This document shows positions 50,642 to 60,162 of a DNA stretch of 64,000 nucleotides, one piece after another. The DNA comes from Verrucomicrobiota bacterium. GTDB lineage: Bacteria > Verrucomicrobiota > Verrucomicrobiia > Opitutales > Cerasicoccaceae. Under the pieces are notes generated by a model. It was not told the origin of the DNA, ran no database searches, and was given only the letters and a program-made list of their open reading frames with translations. The position numbers and the translations under genes are program-made. How positions within the stretch are numbered: the first letter of the stretch is position 1; each line of letters opens with the position of its first letter. Where the stretch lies: assembly GCA_039818205.1 (NCBI GenBank), contig JBCBUK010000003.1, positions 32,001 through 96,000 on the forward strand. The letters run 5' to 3'.

Positions 50642-53098
50642 ATGAAAACCCGCCTTTTACAGCGCAACCTACTCTCGAGTTTGGTTGTCGCGATCATGGG
50701 AGCGGCCAGCCTTGTGGCGCAACCAGTCATCACCAGTCCGACCGAAGCGACCGGTCAGGTTGGAGAACCCTTTGAATACGAGATCACGACCGACGTAGCT
50801 GCTTTTGGTTTCGTCAATACCGAACTGCCTGCAGGACTGTCTCGGTCAGGTGCGATCATCGCCGGAAACCCAAATGAATCAGGTGTTTTTCTGACAACGT
50901 TGAACGCATTCGATGTCAACGGCACTAGTGCCCCATTCGATCTGGTTATTATTATCAATAACGAAGACGGATCGGCGCCTACACTTGAAATTACATCGCC
51001 AACGTCTGTTTCGGGCGAAGTCGGAGGTGCATTCACCTATCAAATCGAAGCATCACCAGATCCGGTTCTCTATGAGGTCTTTGGTGTTAGCACCGATAGT
51101 TCTCTGCCTGACCTTGGTCCAGTAGATGGTGCTACTGGCCTTTTGACAGGAACATTACCGAACCTACCAGGAGCTTATGATTTCTTTATCTTTGTTACCT
51201 ACGCAGATGGCTCGGAGATCAGTGCTCAGGTTCAAATCGATGTTATCGCAAATGCGACTCCAGTGGTATCAATTGTTGAGCCGACCAGCAGCCAGTTGAT
51301 CGGTAGCGGTGAATCAGTTGATTTTGAAGTAACCGCAACCACGACAGTCGGATCAATTACCCAAGTCGATCTGTTGTCTAATGGCGAGATCATCGCCTCG
51401 GACACGCAGGCACCATTTAACTTGTCGCCGGTATTTAATGCGGTGGGCGTTTTTGAGGTGACGGCGCAGGCAACTAATACCGGCGGGTTCACCACAACTG
51501 CTTCCGAGACGATTACGGTGACGGTTGAGAGCTTTAATCCAGTCATTCGTGATTTCGATTTTGTTACGCAGACCTATCAGGACATTTACCTGCGTCCCGC
51601 CACCAACTCTGAAATCAACGACGGTCTGAGCTTCCTTGCTGCCGGGAATACACGCGGTGCTCTGATCGCACGTATCATGAGTCGCACCCTTGATCAGCTT
51701 GATATCACGACGGTTCTTCAAATCTATCGCACAATGGTAGGATTTTGGCCAGATCGTCAGGTCTTGGCCAACGAGATCACTTTCTATCAGGCTCCCATTG
51801 ACCCGCCGGTAGGGGTTGCTCCTGGTGTTGGCCGCACTAATCGCCTTTACGCATTGAGCCTTGAAGATCAGTTTCGCGTTAATAATCCTCAGGTGAACTT
51901 TCCGCTTATTTATCAGGATCCTGCCGGTGGGAGCGCGATTGATCCGGCTGAATGGAATAACGAGATTGAATATATCAATGTTCTTTATCGGAACAAATTT
52001 GGAGTTTCGTTGAGCGAATTGAACCTCAACTATACTATCGCGGTCATCGCGAATGCGTTGCTCAATACGAATCCTGTAGAAATTCAAGACGGCGGTCTAA
52101 ATGATCTTGCTGGTCAAGCGCTCGCGGATTTCGCAACCATCACCACTCTTTCGTTTCCATATAAACTCGGACCATCCGGATTCTATTTTCTATCCGTTCC
52201 TTTACCGAACAGCCAAAGTCCATCCAGTGGATCAACTCAGACATTCGGTTTCGAGATGGTAAATTTGAATTTCCCTGCTCGGGTTCAAGTTGCTCTGTTG
52301 ATCGCAAGTCTCCTTGAACGGGAGCCGACCGATGCTGAAGTTACTGCACTTGCTGGGAATGGATTCGATCTAGCGACGGTAGCTCAAGAGATCATCACTA
52401 GCCCTGAGTATATGGATCGTTTCGTTCCGGCGTTTACCGTTGCATTGAGCCAGACTGGATCAGGCGAAATAACCATTGAGCCTCTGCAAGAAGATCCGAA
52501 CAACGAATCTCAGTTCATATACAATGAAGGAACGACGATTACCCTTACGGCAACACCTGCGGCTGGATTTTTCTTCCAAGAATGGTTGGTTAACGGCCAG
52601 TCAAATACGTTGAATCCGCTGAGCTTGATTGTTACTGCTGATCTCGCGGTTGAGGCAATCTTTGCGGAGATCGTAACCACCAGCGAAGGAATTGTTGAGG
52701 ACGTTCTCGAAGAGGCAGGTGTTACCACGCCAGCACTGATCTTCCCAACGGCTGATGCTGATTTCGATGGTCACAGTAATATCGAAGAATTGGCGATGGG
52801 CACTAATCTCATCGAGAGTGGTTCGGTTCCTGAGATCACAATCAACACCGATGAAGATGCGGGAACGGTGACTCTAGTGTTCGTTCGCTTGAAGGCTTCG
52901 GAAATGCCGAGTGACCTCACGATGATTGTAGAGTGCAGCCCAGACCTTGGTGCTGACTGGAACCCAATCAACGAGCTGATGATCTCAACGAACGGTGTAT
53001 CCCAGGATGGCCTTGAGCCCGAGTATGAGCGGGTGAGTGTTGAGCTTCTCTACGAAGAGTGCCAATTCGTCCGAATTCGATTCGCGATTGATTCCTAA
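50642..53098 (+). CDS. Acidic cell-surface protein with Ig-like repeats and DUF4214/S-layer-like segments
   Basis: Signal peptide; two P.ITSPT..G.VG..F.Y.I Ig repeats; Big-like domain (DTQAPF); FVTQTYQDIYLRP and LLEREP..SPEY segments; TLTATPAAGFFFQEW repeat; DADFDGHSNIEELAMGT tail. Confidence 0.75.
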   Translation: MKTRLLQRNLLSSLVVAIMGAASLVAQPVITSPTEATGQVGEPFEYEITTDVAAFGFVNTELPAGLSRSGAIIAGNPNESGVFLTTLNAFDVNGTSAPFDLVIIINNEDGSAPTLEITSPTSVSGEVGGAFTYQIEASPDPVLYEVFGVSTDSSLPDLGPVDGATGLLTGTLPNLPGAYDFFIFVTYADGSEISAQVQIDVIANATPVVSIVEPTSSQLIGSGESVDFEVTATTTVGSITQVDLLSNGEIIASDTQAPFNLSPVFNAVGVFEVTAQATNTGGFTTTASETITVTVESFNPVIRDFDFVTQTYQDIYLRPATNSEINDGLSFLAAGNTRGALIARIMSRTLDQLDITTVLQIYRTMVGFWPDRQVLANEITFYQAPIDPPVGVAPGVGRTNRLYALSLEDQFRVNNPQVNFPLIYQDPAGGSAIDPAEWNNEIEYINVLYRNKFGVSLSELNLNYTIAVIANALLNTNPVEIQDGGLNDLAGQALADFATITTLSFPYKLGPSGFYFLSVPLPNSQSPSSGSTQTFGFEMVNLNFPARVQVALLIASLLEREPTDAEVTALAGNGFDLATVAQEIITSPEYMDRFVPAFTVALSQTGSGEITIEPLQEDPNNESQFIYNEGTTITLTATPAAGFFFQEWLVNGQSNTLNPLSLIVTADLAVEAIFAEIVTTSEGIVEDVLEEAGVTTPALIFPTADADFDGHSNIEELAMGTNLIESGSVPEITINTDEDAGTVTLVFVRLKASEMPSDLTMIVECSPDLGADWNPINELMISTNGVSQDGLEPEYERVSVELLYEECQFVRIRFAIDS

Positions 53099-53122
53099 CT
53101 CGAACGTTTTTCATTAATTTCT

Positions 53123-53151
53123 GGCGGATCGGCAACGATCCGCCTTTTTTT
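53123..53151 (+). terminator. Intrinsic terminator closing the secretin operon
   Basis: GGCGGATC-ggcaac-GATCCGCC followed by T7. Confidence 0.88.
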
Positions 53152-53156
53152 GATCT

Positions 53157-54035
53157 ATGTCCAAGATCCTGCTCATTGACGGTTACAATATTGCCTTTCG
53201 CAGTTACTATGCGTTACCGGATCTAACCCGTTCAGACGGGAAGCCTACGGGAGCACTTCATGGGTGGATCAAGGCAATGTGGAAGTTAGAAGACCTTGAA
53301 CAACCAGATGTTATTGCTGTCTTCTTCGATGATGGCGAGTCTGAGCGGCATATAGCGCTGCTGCCGGAGTACAAGGCAAATCGAGATGAGACACCGGAGG
53401 CCCTGATTCAACAAGTTCCTGAGATTCGGCGCCTGACCCAACTTCTTGGGTATCCGATTCATTCGAAAACGGGCGTGGAAGCGGATGACTTGATCGGGTC
53501 AGCAGCAACGAAACTAGCTGCTGAAGGGCACGAGGTTGTCATTGTCAGTGCGGATAAGGATCTGGCTCAATGCGTCGGGAGCAACGTTCAGCAGCTACTG
53601 CCAGCACCAACGGCAAATCCGCGCCTTGGTTGGCGGAAATTAGACTCAGAAGGTGTCACTCAGAAGTTTGGTGTTCCTCCGGAGCAGGTCGCCGAGTACC
53701 TGGCTCTAATTGGCGATACGTCCGACAATATTCCCGGGCTCAAGGGCTGTGGTCCGAAAACGGCCGCGAAATGGCTCCAGGAGTATGGTTCGCTGGAAGG
53801 GGCTATCTCTGGTGCCGAGGCAATCAAGCCACCCCGTTTTCGGGAGAAATTGCCCGAATTTGCGGAAGATTTGCGACGCAACCTAAAGCTAGTGACCTTG
53901 GAAACCGGCTTCGAGATCGGAGACCTTGATCCGACACCGGTTGCGTTGAATGACCTGATCGCTTATCTCGAAGATATGGAGATGAAGCAATCGGCCAATC
54001 AAGCCTATGAGCGTTACGGATTGGGCCTTGGCTGA
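53157..54035 (+). CDS. Stand-alone 5'-3' exonuclease / flap endonuclease (Pol I N-terminal-like)
   Basis: LIDG...FRSYY, YKANR, EADD, SADKDL, GDTSDNIPG..G.GPKTA; ends at 292 aa. Confidence 0.9.
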   Translation: MSKILLIDGYNIAFRSYYALPDLTRSDGKPTGALHGWIKAMWKLEDLEQPDVIAVFFDDGESERHIALLPEYKANRDETPEALIQQVPEIRRLTQLLGYPIHSKTGVEADDLIGSAATKLAAEGHEVVIVSADKDLAQCVGSNVQQLLPAPTANPRLGWRKLDSEGVTQKFGVPPEQVAEYLALIGDTSDNIPGLKGCGPKTAAKWLQEYGSLEGAISGAEAIKPPRFREKLPEFAEDLRRNLKLVTLETGFEIGDLDPTPVALNDLIAYLEDMEMKQSANQAYERYGLGLG

Positions 54036-54036
54036 T

Positions 54037-54783
54037 TTATGATTCCGCGGCTCCGTTCTGCGGGTCGTAGATATAGCCAACGCCGTGCACGGTCCGGAAT
54101 ACGTCGGTGTTACACTCGTGGGCAGATAGCAAATTGCGAATCTTGACCACATATTGGTCAAGGGATCGGCTACGCACGTCAGCATGGACGCCCCAGACCG
54201 CATGAATCAGGCTTCGGCGAGTCAGAACCGTATTGGGGTAGGATACCAAGTAGGAAATAATTCCGAGCTCCTTGCGGCCGATCTTTTCGCTTTCACCATC
54301 GGGGAATGCAATCTCCATTCGGGTCGGATTGACGGTCGCATCACAGAATGGGAACGGCTTCTCGGTAATCTCCACATTGTTGGTGATGTGTTGATCCTTC
54401 GCGGTTTCGGTGCGTCGTAGGACGGCCTTGATTCGAGCTGTGAGCTCGGGAAGGCTGAAAGGCTTGGTTAGGTAGTCGTCGGCGCCAAGGTCGAGCCCCT
54501 TCACTTTGCTCACTTCGGAATCGTGCGCGGTGACAAAGATGATCGGTACCTGGATGTTATTGCGACGCAGTTCCTCAATCAGCTGGAATCCGGTCGTATC
54601 CGGTAGGTTGACGTCGAGCAGCATCAGGTTGGCATGGTTGCCTTTGAGATACCTGATGGCGTGCTCGCCACGATGAAACATCTGTGGCAGCATCTCCTGG
54701 GTCTCCAAGTGGTCGGAGACCATCTCAGCGATTTCTTTTTCGTCCTCGCAGATCAATATGAGGGGCTTGGCTTCTTTCGGCAT
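54037..54783 (-). CDS. OmpR-family response regulator
   Basis: EDE, LLDVNLP, GADDYLTKPF, winged helix TVHGVGY. Confidence 0.92.
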   Translation of the reverse strand: MPKEAKPLILICEDEKEIAEMVSDHLETQEMLPQMFHRGEHAIRYLKGNHANLMLLDVNLPDTTGFQLIEELRRNNIQVPIIFVTAHDSEVSKVKGLDLGADDYLTKPFSLPELTARIKAVLRRTETAKDQHITNNVEITEKPFPFCDATVNPTRMEIAFPDGESEKIGRKELGIISYLVSYPNTVLTRRSLIHAVWGVHADVRSRSLDQYVVKIRNLLSAHECNTDVFRTVHGVGYIYDPQNGAAES

Positions 54784-54790
54784 GATAAAA

Positions 54791-55270
54791 TTACAGCGTT
54801 GCTAGAGCATCCTCTAGAACTTGAGAGGCGTGCTGCTCTGGTTTTACTTTCGGGTAAGATTTGATAATTTTTCCGTCGGGGCCAATGAGAAATGACATCC
54901 GATGGATGCCTTCATATTCCTTGCCCATAAATTTTTTAAGTCCCCAAACACCAAATGCTTCTACGATAGAGTGATCGAGATCTGAGGCGAGTGGAAAGGG
55001 AATTTTATACTTTTTTCGAAATTTTGAGTGCGAATTCTCATCATCGCAGCTCACACCAACCACCTGAATACCTGCTTTTTCATACTCTGCGAATAGATCG
55101 CGGAAAGCGCAGGCTTCCTTCGTGCAGCCTGGGGTATCGTCCCGAGGGTAGAAATAAACGAGATAGGGCCGTCCGGACAGGTCTTTAGTATGCAATAATT
55201 CGCCTGCCGCATCCTGATAAGCAAATGTTGGTGCGGTGTCACCGTCTGATAGTGGTTTGGGCTCCTTCAT
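54791..55270 (-). CDS. bcp: Thioredoxin-dependent thiol peroxidase (Bcp/PrxQ)
   Basis: YFYPRDDTPGCTKEACAFRD. Confidence 0.93.
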   Translation of the reverse strand: MKEPKPLSDGDTAPTFAYQDAAGELLHTKDLSGRPYLVYFYPRDDTPGCTKEACAFRDLFAEYEKAGIQVVGVSCDDENSHSKFRKKYKIPFPLASDLDHSIVEAFGVWGLKKFMGKEYEGIHRMSFLIGPDGKIIKSYPKVKPEQHASQVLEDALATL

Positions 55271-55395
55271 GGCGTCAGTGACAATATTGTGCGGATTTTG
55301 TATCTATTTCGATGGCAGCTTATTGCATGGATTCTCTAACGCAAAGCAAATTTAGCTTGTGTGCAAGCATCCCTGGCGTTTGTCATGCCTTTGTT

Positions 55396-56283
55396 GTGAG
55401 CACTGAAAATCCTCTCCTTATGCTCGGATTGCCCAAGGGCAGTCTGGAAGAATCAACCCTAAAGCTTTTTGCGAAAGCGGGCTACAAGATTGCCAAAAGT
55501 TCACGGTCGTACCGACCCTCTTTTGACGATCCGCAACTCGATGGTCGCTTCATCCGGGCGCAGGAAATGAGCCGTTATGTCGAGAACGGCTTCTTTGACT
55601 GTGGTTTGACCGGTTACGACTGGGTCGTTGAGAACAACTCGGATGTCATCGAGGTCTGCGATTTGATTTACAGCCGTGCTTCGAATGTGAAGAGCCGCTG
55701 GGTGCTCGTCGTGCCGGAGGATTCAACCGTTCAGTCGGTGAAGGACTTGGAAGGGAAGCGCATCGCAACTGAGGTAACGAACATCGTTGAGAAGTACCTG
55801 GAAGTGAATGAGGTCAAGGCCGACGTGGAATTCTCCTGGGGCGCGACTGAAGTGAAGGTGCCGGACATGGTCGATGCGATTGTCGATTTGACTGAGACTG
55901 GCAACTCGATCCGCGCCAACAAGTTACGTATTGTTGACGTTCTCCTGGAGACCAATACGAAACTGGTCGCTAACAAGGAATCCTGGGCGAATCCCGAGAA
56001 GCGCGCCAAGATTGAAAGCATCGCATTGTTGCTCACGTCAGCTTTGGAAGCCAACAAGAAGGTGGGCTTAAAGCTGAATATCAAGAAGAACAAAGTGCCG
56101 GAAATCCTCAGTGAGCTACCAGCCCTGCGCAACCCGACGGTATCGACCCTGAGTTGCAACGAGTATGCGGCGCTCGAAGTCGTATTGGACGAGAAAATCG
56201 TTCGGGAGATTATCCCAAGTCTCAAAGCCCACGGCGCTGAGGGCATTATCGAATACCCGCTCAACAAGGTCGTTCCGGATTAA
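55396..56283 (+). CDS. hisG: ATP phosphoribosyltransferase (long form)
   Basis: LPKGSL, IATE, SWGATE, AIVDLTETG, C-terminal regulatory domain (PTVS..GAEGI). Probable GTG start at 55396. Confidence 0.95.
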   Translation: MSTENPLLMLGLPKGSLEESTLKLFAKAGYKIAKSSRSYRPSFDDPQLDGRFIRAQEMSRYVENGFFDCGLTGYDWVVENNSDVIEVCDLIYSRASNVKSRWVLVVPEDSTVQSVKDLEGKRIATEVTNIVEKYLEVNEVKADVEFSWGATEVKVPDMVDAIVDLTETGNSIRANKLRIVDVLLETNTKLVANKESWANPEKRAKIESIALLLTSALEANKKVGLKLNIKKNKVPEILSELPALRNPTVSTLSCNEYAALEVVLDEKIVREIIPSLKAHGAEGIIEYPLNKVVPD

Positions 56284-56305
56284 TCCCGGAACCTCTGTGC
56301 TGGAT

Positions 56306-57445
56306 TCAGGCTTTCAAGAAGGACTGAACCAGTGCTTCTAGCTCTGGGGCCTCGACTAGGAAAGAGTCGTGGCCCAATGCGCTATCGATCTCGGCGTAGG
56401 TGGCGTGCTTGCCACAACGCAGCAGTGCCAGCGCGATTTCGCGGTTTTGCTGCGGTGGAAAGAGCCAGTCGGAGGTAAACCCAATCACCAAAACACGCGC
56501 GGTTACCTTACTTAGCTGTTCTTCAAGGCGCCCGCTTTCTCCAAACAGATCGAAGCGGTCGAGTGCCTTGGTGAAATACAGGTAGGTGTTCGCGTCGAAT
56601 CGGTTGACGAAACTCTGCCCCTGGTAGCGCAGATAGCTCTCCACTTCGAACTCGATATCGAAGACCTCACGAGCGGCCCAGTTGGCTTGTCGGTTTCGGC
56701 CAAATTTATCCTCCATACCCTTGTCGGAAAGGTAGGTGATGTGCGCCATCATCCGAGCGATCGCCAGGCCAACGCGAGGGCCTTTTGCGTTCTCGAAATC
56801 ACCATTGTTCCAGTCCGGGTCTTGCATGATGGCGGACCGGCCGACTTCGTTGAAGGCGATTGCTTGGGCGTTTTGCCGCGCCGTCGTTGCCATGGGGAGG
56901 GCACGGGCGACGGCGTCCGGATACTCGATAATCCATTGCAGGACTTGCATCCCACCCATGGATCCGCCCACGACCGCGAGCAGTTTTTCAATGCCCAGGT
57001 GCTCAATCAACAGCTTCTGCGCCCGGACCATGTCTCGAATCGTGACGACTGGGAAATCCAGGTTGTAGTTGTGCCCGGTGCTTGGATTTGGGCTGGCCGG
57101 ACCGGTCGAGCCCTGGCATCCGCCCAAGCAGTTTGAGCAGATAACGAAATACTCGTTGGTGTCGATTGGCTTGCCGGGGCCAATCATGTTGTTCCACCAA
57201 CCGGTTTTGCGGTCGGTGATGGTGTAGGCGCCAGCTGCGTGATGATCGCCGCTGAGGGCATGGCAGATCAGGATGGCGTTGTCCTTGCGCTCATTCAGGC
57301 GTCCGTAGCTTTCGTAGCGTAGCGTAAAGCCTGGCAGGATGGTGCCGTCATCGCAGGTGAACGACTCATCGTGCACAAAATCATTCCATGCAACGAGCCC
57401 GACCTCGCCGCGTTCGTCATGGGTCAATGTCGAGGCGTCATTCAC
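56306..57445 (-). CDS. metX: Homoserine O-acetyltransferase
   Basis: HALSGD, IGPGK, GGCQGSTGP, GGSMGGM, FDAN.Y, SDWLFP, GHDSFL. Confidence 0.93.
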   Translation of the reverse strand: MNDASTLTHDERGEVGLVAWNDFVHDESFTCDDGTILPGFTLRYESYGRLNERKDNAILICHALSGDHHAAGAYTITDRKTGWWNNMIGPGKPIDTNEYFVICSNCLGGCQGSTGPASPNPSTGHNYNLDFPVVTIRDMVRAQKLLIEHLGIEKLLAVVGGSMGGMQVLQWIIEYPDAVARALPMATTARQNAQAIAFNEVGRSAIMQDPDWNNGDFENAKGPRVGLAIARMMAHITYLSDKGMEDKFGRNRQANWAAREVFDIEFEVESYLRYQGQSFVNRFDANTYLYFTKALDRFDLFGESGRLEEQLSKVTARVLVIGFTSDWLFPPQQNREIALALLRCGKHATYAEIDSALGHDSFLVEAPELEALVQSFLKA

Positions 57446-57526
57446 AAACAGTTAGCTAAAGCATATGTCCCGCCGGAATAAAGCGGAAAAATACGCATAT
57501 GCCAATCGTGGCCAGTGGCTCCCAAA

Positions 57527-58435
57527 CTAGCGTTCGCCCTGGTTCGGAGTCACGCGTGGAGTTTGTGGTGGCGCTGGCCCGGGAATAAAATCTATCGTGC
57601 CTCCGAAGATTCCCGGTTGCAGTGGGTTAAAGTCCGATCCAGTGAACAGTTCAAACAGCTGCTTGGCGGTGCTGGCACTCAAGTTGATCCGGGTTGCGTT
57701 GGCTTGCGACATGGTATTCGCTTGCAGGCTAGTAATCGTAACCGTGCCATTTGGATTCACCCGACCGGTGAACGTGATTTCTTCTAAACCATTAACCACA
57801 TCCGGATCACGCCCGAGCGGAATGAAAATACCGTTTCCAACGGCGATGCCAAACCGTCCGCGCTTCTCTTGGACACCTTCAGATTTAACGCTGAACTCGT
57901 AGTTGGTGCCCCGGATCCCCGCGGTTCCAACCGGCGAATCAATTTCGTAGGTGGATCCTTCTTCGGAGTTCAATTTTTTGACCGATCCAACAATGTCACC
58001 CTCAAGGAGGCGAAGTTTCGTTTTCGAGGTCGTTGGTTCGCGATCGAGGGCATCCAGCGCCGGGGCTGATTCCGGAACGGGTGCTTGCAAATACTCTTCA
58101 ATCGAAATCGTGGTGCTTGGCTTAATGGTCAACGAGGAGCCATTGGAAAAGAGCAGGATCACCATGCCATCGGGCCCGGTGTTGATCGTCACCCCTTGTT
58201 TAAATTTCATCTTCGGCTCCACGCGGCCTTCTTCGCCTAGAGCAAAATCCGTGAAGGTGGCAACACCGGTGACACGGGCGACAAGCGCAACCGCTGGCTT
58301 CATTTCAGGGCCTTTGGGCGACGGCGGACTTGACGATTCTTGAGCCCAAACTAGGGAAAGAAGCATCAGCCCCAATGAAACAATCACAGTGGATCGAAGG
58401 AAAGCGTAGCGGCGTAGTCGGACGTTCACAGGCAA
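57527..58435 (-). CDS. FecR-domain exported protein
   Basis: Signal/TM segment; I.TG.DG...L.FSNGS and SPVGTAGIRGT. TTG start uncertain. Confidence 0.75.
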   Translation of the reverse strand: MPVNVRLRRYAFLRSTVIVSLGLMLLSLVWAQESSSPPSPKGPEMKPAVALVARVTGVATFTDFALGEEGRVEPKMKFKQGVTINTGPDGMVILLFSNGSSLTIKPSTTISIEEYLQAPVPESAPALDALDREPTTSKTKLRLLEGDIVGSVKKLNSEEGSTYEIDSPVGTAGIRGTNYEFSVKSEGVQEKRGRFGIAVGNGIFIPLGRDPDVVNGLEEITFTGRVNPNGTVTITSLQANTMSQANATRINLSASTAKQLFELFTGSDFNPLQPGIFGGTIDFIPGPAPPQTPRVTPNQGER

Positions 58436-58530
58436 AGAATTTCCCGATAACCCTACTTTTTTAATGGCGATGGGTCAAGCGAAGACAGGCCCAGTTTCCT
58501 GGACCGCGATTTTACCATTTTTACAACGGA

Positions 58531-59010
58531 CTAGGCAGCGGAGGCAACTGGCTTTGCCTCGACACCGAGGCATTCCGGGATGACTTGGTTTCGATACTCA
58601 AAGATGCCTTCGATCTGCCGCTTTATCAGTGGGTAGGCGAGGTCTCCCAGTGGAGTCAACGGCAGTTCGTAGCGCACATAGTCAGTGATGAGCGTATTCT
58701 TGTCATCGATTGCCGTGAAGCTATGCCGGTGGATCCAGGTTTTGTAGGGTCCCTTGATTTGTTCGTCGACAAATTCATGCGGCGGATTCCAAACGGGGAT
58801 AAGTGTCCGCCAGCGCATGGGGATGCCGTGCAGGCGGATCTGGTAGTCGATCACGCTGTCCTGCGCCATTTCGATGGGCAGCGGCGTAGTGATTTTGAAT
58901 CCAAGCTCTGGTGGAGTGATGCGTTCCAGGTTTTCCGCCTTGGAGAAAAAAGCGAATACCTCTTCGAGTGGTAAGGGGAGCTCTAGCTCGGTCCGAATTG
59001 AATGCCACAT
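58531..59010 (-). CDS. SRPBCC-family protein
   Basis: VFAFF...NLERITPP, FVDEQIKGPY..W.H.H.F, IFEYR. Confidence 0.88.
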   Translation of the reverse strand: MWHSIRTELELPLPLEEVFAFFSKAENLERITPPELGFKITTPLPIEMAQDSVIDYQIRLHGIPMRWRTLIPVWNPPHEFVDEQIKGPYKTWIHRHSFTAIDDKNTLITDYVRYELPLTPLGDLAYPLIKRQIEGIFEYRNQVIPECLGVEAKPVASAA

Positions 59011-59054
59011 CGTTTAAATAAAGCCAGGAAGGCCTCATTTTCAACTGCGGTCGT

Positions 59055-60020
59055 TCAACTGAATCGGCCCCAGGCGAGAAAAACGCCATAAAGGATAACC
59101 AAGGCTAGACCGCTGAGTCGATGGAGTCGGCGGAATAGCGCGAGACTCATGACGTGAAAGGCAGCGACCCCGGTAATTAAAATCATCGCGGTGGGAAAGT
59201 CCGCTGGTAGCGGCATCGGCTGAATGACGGCGTAAACACCCACGCACAAGGGAATGCAAACGTGGGCATCACCGGCCTGTGCACTGTAAACGACATCGGC
59301 TTCTTTGCGTGAGCCGTAAAAAAATGCCAGGAGCGCATTTGGAAGCGCCATGAGGAGCCCACTTAGGAGGCCCAGGTTCTCTCGACTGAAGAAACCGGTT
59401 TCGATGGCGGACATCCAATCCACTAAGCCAGAGATGCTCCAGAACATGCCATAACCGCCCAGCGCTAGTAAGACGCCCTCGACAATGAGCATGGGATTAA
59501 AACGGCCGGCGCTCCGAACGTTTTCTTTGAGTAGCTCGTAGACGTGAAACAATTGCCAGAGTAGAAACAATCCGATCAAGGCTAGCCCATCGCCTTTGTC
59601 GAGGACACCATCGCGGCCCAATGACCAGGTGATCCCACCAAAAAAGAAGATCGCCAGCAGCGTAAAGAGCAGGGCAAGCCGATGGAGCGCAGCTTGCTGC
59701 TTCGCCTTTTTGGCTTTGCCACGGGGCTCGAGGCTCAGACCCCAAATGAGCGCGGGCAGGCCGAGGAGTATGGTCAGGTTGGTCGCGTTATTGATCAGAC
59801 AATTCGTCATGACCTCGGACCCAGGCTGCTGGTTTTTCAGAATCACGAAAACGAACAGGAGATTCCCCAGCCCGGAGAGGTAGGGCATCACCAGGTTGCC
59901 CAGCACGGTACCTTCGACTCCACTGTCGGACAGCGTTTCCAGGCGCCAAATCATTAAGGTCGAGGCGACCAGGAATAAGCTGAGCAGGAAGGCTGGGTGC
60001 GTTGTTATGTAGTCTGGCAC
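59055..60020 (-). CDS. CaCA-superfamily (Na+/Ca2+ exchanger-like) membrane protein, divergent
   Basis: About 10 TMs in two repeats; L...DG..LIGLF pattern; alpha-repeat positions read SGLGN and MALPN. Confidence 0.65.
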   Translation of the reverse strand: MPDYITTHPAFLLSLFLVASTLMIWRLETLSDSGVEGTVLGNLVMPYLSGLGNLLFVFVILKNQQPGSEVMTNCLINNATNLTILLGLPALIWGLSLEPRGKAKKAKQQAALHRLALLFTLLAIFFFGGITWSLGRDGVLDKGDGLALIGLFLLWQLFHVYELLKENVRSAGRFNPMLIVEGVLLALGGYGMFWSISGLVDWMSAIETGFFSRENLGLLSGLLMALPNALLAFFYGSRKEADVVYSAQAGDAHVCIPLCVGVYAVIQPMPLPADFPTAMILITGVAAFHVMSLALFRRLHRLSGLALVILYGVFLAWGRFS

Positions 60021-60162
60021 TTAAGACATATAAGCAAAATGCCTTATTCGATTGGCGAAAGGAAAAAGATCCCTTAAATCGCGCTTCACGAAATGTTCAC
60101 ATTGATCAAACGGTTCCGACGGGCTTGCCTCTCGGGCGGAATCTGCTTTTGCTACCTGGTTC

